From Candidatus Nitrospira inopinata (lineage in GTDB: Bacteria; Nitrospirota; Nitrospiria; Nitrospirales; Nitrospiraceae), in NCBI RefSeq assembly GCF_001458695.1, contig NZ_LN885086.1, forward strand, positions 510,001-542,000: a DNA stretch of 32,000 nucleotides, read 5' to 3'. Both the position numbers and the translations under genes were made by a program. Positions 1-7,191 of this stretch are shown piece after piece (positions within the stretch are counted from its first letter, which is position 1; every line of letters starts with the position of its first letter). The notes under the pieces are model-generated. The model searched no databases and was not told the origin of the DNA. It saw nothing but the letters and a program-made list of their open reading frames with translations.

Positions 1-791
1 GCGCGGAAGCGCTGCATATCGTGCACGTCTTGGACGTCCCGACGCCGGCCTATCCCTCCATGATCCCCGAAGTAACGCGGGAATTCTATGAGACGACCGA
101 GCGCACCATGCGGGAAGAGGGCACGAGACTGCTGGAGCGGATCGTGTCCCTGCTTCCGATGGAGGTCGGGCCAGTGACCAAGCATCTCGTCGTCGGATCG
201 CCGGCGGATCAAATCATCGCACTGGCCGAGCAGTACAAGGTGGATCTCGTGTTGCTTGGGACGCGAGGCTTCGGGCCGATCAAAGAACGACTGTTGGGCA
301 GCGTGGCCCATCGCGTGCTGACGTTCGCTCCGAGCGCCAAGCTGATTCTTCGCAGTCCGCTGAAAGCCTTGGACAAGGTACTGCTTCCCCTCCAAGGTCA
401 GCCCGACGCGGAACATGCGCTCCGATTTCTCCAACAACGGCCGTTCCGAAATCCGCCCATGCTCACTCTCTTCACCGTCTTACCCCATACCAAGCCGCCA
501 TGGCCGGTCAATGACACCGCCGCCGAACAGATGGAAGCCCAGGCGCTCCGCGAGGCCGAGGCCTTCCTCAATGATACGGCGGCTAAATTGCCGGCTCTCG
601 GCCATGAGACCCGGGTCGTCGCCTCGTTGGGCACTCCGGTCGAAGGGATTCTGAAAGAAGCCGGGGCCTGGCAGCCCGACCTCATCCTCATGGGATCCCG
701 CGGGCGCAAAGGCGTCTCGCGGCTCGTGCTGGGCAGTGTCTCTCACGCCCTCCTGCACCAAGGCACATACCCCTTGATGGTGTTCAACTGA
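1..791 (+). CDS. Universal stress protein, tandem UspA domains (5' end cut by window edge; reading frame starts at nt 3)
   Basis: The frame is open from nt 3 (AEALHIVHVLDV...), so the GTG at 21 is probably internal. Two USP halves each end in the ATP-binding-type motif G(T/S)RG...LGSV(A/S)H: LLGTRGFGPIKERLLGSVAHRVL and LMGSRGRKGVSRLVLGSVSHALL. Confidence 0.8.
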   Translation, partial: AEALHIVHVLDVPTPAYPSMIPEVTREFYETTERTMREEGTRLLERIVSLLPMEVGPVTKHLVVGSPADQIIALAEQYKVDLVLLGTRGFGPIKERLLGSVAHRVLTFAPSAKLILRSPLKALDKVLLPLQGQPDAEHALRFLQQRPFRNPPMLTLFTVLPHTKPPWPVNDTAAEQMEAQALREAEAFLNDTAAKLPALGHETRVVASLGTPVEGILKEAGAWQPDLILMGSRGRKGVSRLVLGSVSHALLHQGTYPLMVFN

Positions 792-803
792 GGAGGAAAA
801 GCC

Positions 804-968
804 ATGCCCATGTATGAGTACAAGTGTCTCGACTGTGGAAAGGAATCGGTGCTGGTCGTGACGCTCAAGGCGCATGAACAGGGAGACGTGGCCTGCCCGG
901 CCTGTGGGAGCAAAAGGCTTGAACAACGCTTCAGTCCGTTCATTGCGCACACGAGCAAGAAAAGTTAG
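804..968 (+). CDS. FmdB-family CxxC...CxxC zinc-ribbon small protein (54 aa)
   Basis: Not in the supplied ORF track (<60 aa). ATG 804 lies 7 nt after AGGAGG (791-796). Translation is MPMYEYKCLDCGKESVLVVTLKAHEQGDVACPACGSKRLEQRFSPFIAHTSKKS, stop TAG 966-968. The YEY(K/R)CxxC ... CPxCG pattern is the FmdB zinc-ribbon signature. Confidence 0.75.
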   Translation: MPMYEYKCLDCGKESVLVVTLKAHEQGDVACPACGSKRLEQRFSPFIAHTSKKS

Positions 969-976
969 GTGGCTTC

Positions 977-1357
977 GTGCGCAGGAACAGAGAGGTCGCC
1001 GCGCTCATCGGTCTTGTGTCGCTCTTGATTCTGATCGACGCGGCGATACCGGCTGGTCTTTCCGCGCAGGAGTATCCTTCCGATTCGGAACGAGGGAGAG
1101 CGATTTATGCGCGTCACTGTCGCTCTTGCCACGGAGACAAGGGCGAGGGGAACGGGCCGTCGGCGGAGACCCTGCCCCTTCCGCCCGCCAATTTTCGTCG
1201 TCTTCGGTCGATCCTCAAGTCGGATGAGGATCTGTTGCGGGTGATCGAGCATGGCATCGTCTTCAGTCCGATGCACGCCTGGCGAGGGCGGCTGGCCGAT
1301 GGAGAAATGCAGGATGTTTTGGCTTACATTCGCCTGCTCTCACAATCCAGCCCGTGA
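977..1357 (+). CDS. Monoheme class I c-type cytochrome (secreted)
   Basis: GTG start. Hydrophobic signal ALIGLVSLLILIDAAIPAGLSA, a single CRSCH heme-binding motif, and a candidate distal Met in SPMHAW. The stop overlaps the next ORF start (GTGA at 1354-1357). Confidence 0.8.
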   Translation: MRRNREVAALIGLVSLLILIDAAIPAGLSAQEYPSDSERGRAIYARHCRSCHGDKGEGNGPSAETLPLPPANFRRLRSILKSDEDLLRVIEHGIVFSPMHAWRGRLADGEMQDVLAYIRLLSQSSP

Positions 1358-1986
1358 CATCCGGTTCGGCCTCGATGGCGACACCGCCGACTATGGAACC
1401 CCTGGTTGAAACACTGGACTCCCACGACGCGCTGATCCTGGTTGACGTCCAGAACGATTTCCTCCCCGGCGGTCCGCTCGGCGTCGCCGACAGTGGCGCA
1501 ATCGTCCCGATACTATCGGAGTACGTTCGCCGATTTCACGAAAGAGGGCTCCCGATTTTCCTCACGAGGGATTGGCACCCTCGGAACCATTGCTCGTTCC
1601 AACAGCAAGGAGGACCCTGGCCGCTTCACTGTCTGGCCGGCTCGCAGGGCGCATTGCCGCCCGATCAATTTCCGGTTCCAGCGCCAGCCGTAATCATTTA
1701 CAAAGGCATCGATCCGGACCAGGACGCCTACTCCGGCTTTCAAGGAACGGCCCTCCACCGCCACCTCCAAGCCCTTGATGTCCGACGGCTCTTCATCGGC
1801 GGATTGGCGACCGACTATTGCGTACTGAACACCGTCAAGGATGCCCTCTCCCTCGGCTATGCCGTCCGTTTGCTGACGGACGCGATCAAGGCGGTCGACG
1901 TCCGGCCCGATGACGGCGAACGGGCCGAGCAAGAGATGATTCGCCTGGGCGCCGTCCCCATCCGATTGGAGGATTTGACCCGATGA
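1354..1986 (+). CDS. pncA: Nicotinamidase/pyrazinamidase (isochorismatase fold)
   Basis: Motifs LILVDVQNDF (catalytic Asp), DWHPRNHCSF (metal site) and GGLATDYCV (catalytic Cys). The start may be GTG 1354 or ATG 1375. Confidence 0.85.
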   Translation: MTSGSASMATPPTMEPLVETLDSHDALILVDVQNDFLPGGPLGVADSGAIVPILSEYVRRFHERGLPIFLTRDWHPRNHCSFQQQGGPWPLHCLAGSQGALPPDQFPVPAPAVIIYKGIDPDQDAYSGFQGTALHRHLQALDVRRLFIGGLATDYCVLNTVKDALSLGYAVRLLTDAIKAVDVRPDDGERAEQEMIRLGAVPIRLEDLTR

Positions 1987-3338
1987 ACCCTTCCCGAAGC
2001 GCCCTGCTCACCGACCTCTATGAACTCACCATGGCCCAGGCGTACCTGGAACGGGAGATGACCGAACCGGCCGTGTTCGAATTTTTTGTGCGCAAACTGT
2101 CGCCCCACCGCAATTTCTTGATCGCCGCCGGCCTTGAACAGGTTCTGGACTTTCTCGCCGGTCTGCGCGTCACGCAAGAGGAATTGGCGTGGCTCGAGGA
2201 GACCAGGTTGTTCAAGTCACACCTGCTGTACTTTTTGGAAACCCTGCGGTTCACGGGGGCCGTGGCGGCCATGCCGGAGGGAACGCCGTTTTTCCCGCAC
2301 GAGCCGATTCTCCGCGTGGTGGCACCCCTGCCGGTCGCGCAACTCGTCGAAAGCCGTGTCATGAACCTGCTGCACGTTCAGACTATGATCGCCTCCAAGG
2401 CGGCCCGGTCGGTCTTGGCGGCCAAGGGCAAACCCCTCATTGATTTCGGACTGAGGCGGGCGCATGGAGCGGAGGCCGGGCTGCTCGCGGCGCGGGCCAG
2501 CTATTTGGTCGGGTTTTCGGGCACCGCCACCGTGCTGGCCGGCATGGTCTATGACATTCCCATCTACGGCACGATGGCCCATTCGTTCGTCCAAGCCCAT
2601 CGCGATGAACGGGAGGCCTTCGAGCACTTCGCCCACGCGCAGCCGGATAATGTGATCTTTCTGATCGACACGTACGATACGGAGGCGGCCGCGCGACTGG
2701 TCGTCTCAATAGCTCCCTCTCTCAAAGCCAAAGGCATCACGGTCAAGGGCGTTCGCTTGGACAGTGGCGACCTCGCGGCCCATGCGCGGGCCGTCCGCCG
2801 AATTCTCGACGACGGGGGGCTGTCTCACGCCCAGATTCTCGCGAGCGGCAATCTCGATGAATATCGCGTGCAGGCACTGGTTGAAAGTGGAGCCCCTATT
2901 GACAGTTTTGCCGTCGGCACGGCCATGACCACGTCCGCCGATGCGCCGTCGTTGGATTGCGCGTACAAGTTGCAAGAGTATGCCGGGCATCCCTGCCGCA
3001 AGCGATCGGAAGGCAAGGCGACATGGCCCGGTCGAAAACAGGTTTATCGCTCTTATACGGATGACGGCCTGCTCGACTACGACGTCGTCACCACACTGGA
3101 GGACGTTCAAACGGGGCTTCCCCTTCTGCAAGACGTGATGAGAGACGGGGCGCGCCTTGCCCCTTCACCCAGCTTGCACGAGGTGCGCCGCTCCACCATG
3201 GAACAACTCGCGCGCCTGCCGCTCTCCTTGCGGGCCCTTGAAACGGCTCCGCCCCATCCCGTTCGGATCGCCCCGGCTTTACAAGCTTTGGCCCGGACGG
3301 TGGACCGGGACCTTGCCCATCAACAAAAACAATCCTGA
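1983..3338 (+). CDS. pncB: Nicotinate phosphoribosyltransferase
   Basis: N-terminal LLTDLYELTMAQAY, plus YGTMAHSF and VRLDSGD motifs typical of NAPRTase. ATGA start/stop overlap with pncA. Confidence 0.85.
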   Translation: MNPSRSALLTDLYELTMAQAYLEREMTEPAVFEFFVRKLSPHRNFLIAAGLEQVLDFLAGLRVTQEELAWLEETRLFKSHLLYFLETLRFTGAVAAMPEGTPFFPHEPILRVVAPLPVAQLVESRVMNLLHVQTMIASKAARSVLAAKGKPLIDFGLRRAHGAEAGLLAARASYLVGFSGTATVLAGMVYDIPIYGTMAHSFVQAHRDEREAFEHFAHAQPDNVIFLIDTYDTEAAARLVVSIAPSLKAKGITVKGVRLDSGDLAAHARAVRRILDDGGLSHAQILASGNLDEYRVQALVESGAPIDSFAVGTAMTTSADAPSLDCAYKLQEYAGHPCRKRSEGKATWPGRKQVYRSYTDDGLLDYDVVTTLEDVQTGLPLLQDVMRDGARLAPSPSLHEVRRSTMEQLARLPLSLRALETAPPHPVRIAPALQALARTVDRDLAHQQKQS

Positions 3339-3349
3339 GGAATCGCGCC

Positions 3350-4003
3350 ATGGCCGCCACATCTGAACATCACGTCTCAATCGCGCAAGGGTCGGTCGTC
3401 TTGGAAGGGTTGCTCGGTCTGCCGGTTGGTTCGCAGGGAGCGGTCATCTTCGCGCATGGCAGCGGCAGCGGCCGATTCAGCCCTCGCAACAACTTCGTGG
3501 CCCGCCATCTTCAGCAACAGGGGCTCGCCACTCTCCTCCTTGATCTGCTCACGGAAGAGGAAGCATCCGACCGGCGCAAAGTCTTTGACATCGACCTCTT
3601 GGCGGATCGGCTCCTGTTGGCCAAAACGTGGCTCGAATCGGACCGGAGGACGAGTCATCTCCGGATCGGCTACTTCGGCGCCAGCACCGGCGCGGGCGCG
3701 GCACTGCAAGCCGCAGCTCGTGAGCCCTCGAACATTCACGCCGTCGTCTCTCGGGGCGGACGGCCGGACCTCGCCGAGCCCTATCTCTCGCGTGTCACGG
3801 CACCGACCCTCCTGATCGTCGGCGGCCACGATTTCCCGGTCATTGAAATGAATCGGGCGGCGTATGAACTGCTGACTTGTGAAAAGAAGCTCGTCATCAT
3901 CCCCGGCGCTACCCACCTGTTCGAGGAGCCGGGCACGTTGGAGCAGGTGGCGGAACAGGCAGGGAGTTGGTTTTTCCGGCACCTACACTCATCCTCCCAG
4001 TAA
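3350..4003 (+). CDS. Dienelactone-hydrolase-like alpha/beta hydrolase
   Basis: FAHGSGSGRFSPRN region, nucleophile elbow G-A-S-T-G (YFGASTGAG), and C-terminal IIPGATHLFEEPG carrying the catalytic His. Lies 12 nt after pncB. Confidence 0.75.
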   Translation: MAATSEHHVSIAQGSVVLEGLLGLPVGSQGAVIFAHGSGSGRFSPRNNFVARHLQQQGLATLLLDLLTEEEASDRRKVFDIDLLADRLLLAKTWLESDRRTSHLRIGYFGASTGAGAALQAAAREPSNIHAVVSRGGRPDLAEPYLSRVTAPTLLIVGGHDFPVIEMNRAAYELLTCEKKLVIIPGATHLFEEPGTLEQVAEQAGSWFFRHLHSSSQ

Positions 4004-4280
4004 CAAGAGCGATGTGGTGGGGTGTGATATCCGGAACGATCTCTTCCGTTCACGTTGCGCCATCCATAGCCCCATCCACTGCTCATAGACATCCCGCCGA
4101 GGGCCGACGAAAACAATATCCAGACAGCCTTCATCATCATGAATCCGATAGATGTACGTCCGGACCCGAATAAGACCGAAGACCCGCCAGCTCATACCGA
4201 AGCGCATGACCGGCAAGAGGACCCGCAACGAGATCGCTGATGCCTTGCACGAGTGGGACCACAAACCAGCGAAAGCTGTT
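3989..4280 (-). pseudogene. ParE/RelE-family toxin remnant, N-terminally truncated and frameshifted
   Basis: Two minus-strand frames together give a ParE-like core. One frame reads ...FRWFVVPLVQGISDLVAGPLAGHALRYELAGLRSY. After a 1-nt shift near 4165 the other reads RVRTYIYRIHDDEGCLDIVFVGPRRDVYEQW, matching the usual (Y)xIxYRIxDD..hxIhxhxHxRRD(V/I)Y toxin C-terminus. There is no intact start and no antitoxin partner. Confidence 0.45.
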
Positions 4281-4290
4281 CGGCAGATAG

Positions 4291-4431
4291 GGGGACCGAT
4301 CGGTTGCGGGCGGCGAACCTATCAACCCTTCACCAACCTGTGGAAAGAAGCCATTCATCATTCCCGGTGCCACCCACCTGTTCGAAGAACCAGGCACGTT
4401 GGAACAGGTGGGGGACCATGCAGGAAGATAG
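4291..4431 (+). pseudogene. 3' fragment of a second DLH-type hydrolase gene
   Basis: Frame 1 reads ...PTCGKKPFIIPGATHLFEEPGTLEQVGDHAGR*, against LTCEKKLVIIPGATHLFEEPGTLEQVAEQAGSW in the intact gene (about nt 3880-3965). By my hand alignment about 84% of nucleotides match over ~70 nt, and the differences are mostly at third codon positions. An in-frame TAG lies immediately upstream (4288-4290). Confidence 0.6.
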
Positions 4432-4489
4432 TTTCTGCAGTACTTTAAACCAGCAGTGAACTCGATGGGGGCATAGCAAGATCCGTCCG

Positions 4490-5026
4490 CTACCCGAACT
4501 TGTTCCTTGCATATTCGAATATCGTTTCAGCCGCCTCTTTTGCAGAGAACCGCGTCGTGTCGATCCTCACTTCCGGATAGGCCGGCGCCTCATAGGCATC
4601 TTGTAATCCTGGAACGGTCGACGTTTCGCCCCGCTGGCCCCGTTGATACGTCCCTTTGTAATCACGCTGCATACACAGCTCCAAGGGACAGACGACCGCC
4701 ACTTCGATGAATCGAGGAATCAGAGTTCGGGCGAAATCCCGATAGGCCCGCCGGTTGGCCGTGGCATCAAAGATGACCGTCACCCCGTGCGCGACCAGTC
4801 TGCTACCCATGAAGGCCAAGGCCCGATAAAACAGGTCCCGCTCTTCGCGGGAGTAGGTGGGCGCCGGGGTCAGGATCCGCCTCACGGCGTCGGATTCCAA
4901 CACCTCGACAACATGGCCCGCCGCTTCGAGCTTTGGTTTCAACGCGGCGGCGATCGTGCTCTTGCCCGATGCCGGCAGACCGGTGAGCCAGATCGCGCAT
5001 GCTTTGGAAGATGCGTTTGCCGTCAT
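4490..5026 (-). CDS. cysC: Adenylylsulfate (APS) kinase-family P-loop kinase
   Basis: IWLTGLPASGKSTIA P-loop, LESDAVR (the LDGDxxR equivalent), VIFDATANRRAYR, CPLELCMQRDYKGTYQ and AYEAPAYPEVRIDT follow the APS kinase motif order. Confidence 0.75.
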   Translation of the reverse strand: MTANASSKACAIWLTGLPASGKSTIAAALKPKLEAAGHVVEVLESDAVRRILTPAPTYSREERDLFYRALAFMGSRLVAHGVTVIFDATANRRAYRDFARTLIPRFIEVAVVCPLELCMQRDYKGTYQRGQRGETSTVPGLQDAYEAPAYPEVRIDTTRFSAKEAAETIFEYARNKFG

Positions 5027-5143
5027 TGGTCAATCGTGAATGATCGGAAGCGCGGAACCACTCACTGAAAAATCGCTCGACACGGTCTACCCCGTGAACA
5101 TTCGCATCACGGCTGACGTTGTCGCCTGATGACTGACGCCAGG

Positions 5144-6232
5144 CTACAGACCACAGTACTCGTTCACCCGAGTCGGCTCAAAGCGCGGCGACTCAAGCAC
5201 CTGTTGTATAAAGTGAAAGAGGCTCCGTCTCACTTCCATCGACAGGTCCGGATACCACACTGGGCTCGCCACCACCAGGCCGCGAAAGGCATAGAACGGC
5301 GCGGCTGTTCCCGTCACGTCCTGATCGCCGCTGGCCTCGATATAGGTGTCCCAGAACAGCCGAAACAGCACCTCAAACGGCCCTGTGAGCTTGCCCCAGC
5401 GGATCAGCGAACTCAGGAGATAATTGATCGTCATCGCCGTCACATCGTCGGCCGGTTCACCCCATTCGCCTCGCGACCGATCCAAGACGGAAAAATCCGT
5501 TCCGCTCCTGAACAGAACGTTATAGGGATGAAAATCCCCGTGGACTTGGGACAGCCGGTCGGCCTTGTCGCGCAACCGCCAGCGCCAACGGTTACAGGAC
5601 TCTTCGATCGTGCGCAGGAGGTCGCCCGTGATGAATCCGCACCGTTTGGGGTAACTGTCCGTGAGCCCCATGATACATTCGCCGTGGCCGATCAACTCCC
5701 GGAGACGGCGTTTGTAGAGGTCTTCGTCTCGCCGTTTGGTCTTGTGGATCTCGGCGAGATACCGGGCTAGCGCGACTGTCCTTCGCCGATCCAACGGTCG
5801 CGGGGTCCCGCCTTTCGCCAGTCGTTCAAGATCCAGATGGTAACTCGTTCCGTTTGCCCATTCATTCAGTACGAAGAACTCACGGGCCTCGGCGACGGAG
5901 AAGAGGCGGTGGTGGTCATCAAACGCCCCGACGTCGAGCGCCTTCACGTGCCGCGGCAGCCGGCCATAGGAATCATAATCCCACAACATCGCCTGGGCCC
6001 GATCGGCCATGTGCTCGTGGCCGAACGGGCCGGCCTTCATCGTTTCGAGCACGGCGGATTGCGCGCGCCCCCCGACGCGAAAGGTCAACTTGACCGGCGT
6101 GCCGTAGCCATATCGCTTTTGGACTCCCTTGCCACTGGCCTTGCCGATCACGTCATAGGCCAGCAACTCGGCATCGGAGCCGAACCGACTTTGAAGGTAC
6201 CGTTGCAACCGGACCTTGCTCAGTGCCGACAT
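5144..6232 (-). CDS. Aminoglycoside-phosphotransferase (APH)/protein-kinase-like fold protein
   Basis: Catalytic loop HGDFHPYNVLF (HGDxxxxN) followed by a D-x-motif region (VLDRSRGEWGEPADDV). 362 aa, upstream of and co-oriented with the APS-kinase-like gene. Confidence 0.65.
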   Translation of the reverse strand: MSALSKVRLQRYLQSRFGSDAELLAYDVIGKASGKGVQKRYGYGTPVKLTFRVGGRAQSAVLETMKAGPFGHEHMADRAQAMLWDYDSYGRLPRHVKALDVGAFDDHHRLFSVAEAREFFVLNEWANGTSYHLDLERLAKGGTPRPLDRRRTVALARYLAEIHKTKRRDEDLYKRRLRELIGHGECIMGLTDSYPKRCGFITGDLLRTIEESCNRWRWRLRDKADRLSQVHGDFHPYNVLFRSGTDFSVLDRSRGEWGEPADDVTAMTINYLLSSLIRWGKLTGPFEVLFRLFWDTYIEASGDQDVTGTAAPFYAFRGLVVASPVWYPDLSMEVRRSLFHFIQQVLESPRFEPTRVNEYCGL

Positions 6233-6560
6233 ATTTCACCCTTTCGCAAGCGCCGTTCCGCCGGCAGTCCCCAAACTTGGAAACCGATCACCGGCCATCA
6301 GATCCATACTCGGTCTTCTGTTCCAGCCTACTCGACAGACTGAGCGCTGAGTATGGCACGTTCGCCCGTCCTTCACAGCCTCTTTTTTATCTCTTAACCC
6401 CTTCCAGAACCTGTCGCGTTCGGCCACATCCATCGAATGGTCACTGTGGTGAAAGGCGTCAGATTGACCGTTTCGCGTCCCTTCGGGAACTGGACCCGTC
6501 AAGCGCCCGAAACGTTGCCCGTTGTTCCTTCGACTCAAGATGAAGGAAACATGGTGTCAT

Positions 6561-6576
6561 CGGCACATCGTTTGCT
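6561..6576 (+). promoter_or_regulatory. Candidate sigma-54 (RpoN) -24/-12 promoter
   Basis: cGGCACatcgtTTGCT matches the TGGCAC-N5-TTGCW consensus at every conserved position except the first T. It lies 51-66 nt upstream of ATG 6627, inside a 394-nt intergenic region. Confidence 0.4.
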
Positions 6577-6626
6577 CGTTGTTCTGGGTAAAGAAACGGA
6601 TGTCACACGTTGAGTAGGGAGGGACC

Positions 6627-7184
6627 ATGCAATTGGAAATCGAAAGCCGCAATGTGGCGATGACTCCTCGATGGAAAGCCGAGATCGAAGCCCGCATGCA
6701 AGACTTGCAACGGGGACACGACGATCTGATTCACGGCCGGGTGACGTTGACCAAGAATCGACATCACAAGAAACAGGCCAACGTCGCCGAGGCGCTCGTG
6801 GTGGTATCCCTGCCCGGTCGTCATACTATCACCGCTCGCAAAGAGGAAAAGACGTTTGAAGAAGCGATTAGAAGCGCCTTTGCCGCCGTCGAGACGGAAT
6901 TGAGAAAGTATCGGGAGAAACGGGCCCGCAAAGAGGTGCGCCTGCCGCCGCTTCCTCCCTATCGCGGCGTGGTCTGCAAACTCTTTCCGAAAGAACGGTA
7001 CGGTTTCATCCTGAAGGAAGGAGGCGGAGAGGTCTACTTTCACGCCAACGCGCTGCAAGACCTCGCCTTCGACGAGGTGGAGGACGGCATGGAGGTCCTG
7101 TTCAACCTGGAAGAGGGTGCCAAGGGGCCCCAGGCCACGGTGGTCACGACTCCCGACCCCGTTGCGTCCAAGGCACTTTCGTGA
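6627..7184 (+). CDS. Ribosome hibernation factor (HPF/RaiA, S30AE) N-domain fused to a C-terminal cold-shock domain
   Basis: RBS GGGAGGG precedes the ATG. The N-terminal ~100 aa (MQLEIESRNVAMTPRWKAEIEARMQDL...TARKEEKTFEEAIRSAFAAVETELRKYREK) look like HPF/YfiA. The C-terminal part, YRGVVCKLFPKERYGFILKEGGGEVYFHANAL...EGAKGPQATVV, has CSD RNP1-like (YGFI) and RNP2-like (VYFH) motifs. Confidence 0.7.
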   Translation: MQLEIESRNVAMTPRWKAEIEARMQDLQRGHDDLIHGRVTLTKNRHHKKQANVAEALVVVSLPGRHTITARKEEKTFEEAIRSAFAAVETELRKYREKRARKEVRLPPLPPYRGVVCKLFPKERYGFILKEGGGEVYFHANALQDLAFDEVEDGMEVLFNLEEGAKGPQATVVTTPDPVASKALS

Positions 7185-7191
7185 CACCTTC

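Noticed and set aside
6353-6369. TGGCACGTTCGCCCG, a second sigma-54-like -24 element in the same intergenic region.
   Set aside because: The -24 half is perfect, but the -12 position reads CCCG instead of TTGC at the required spacing, so it is unlikely to be functional.
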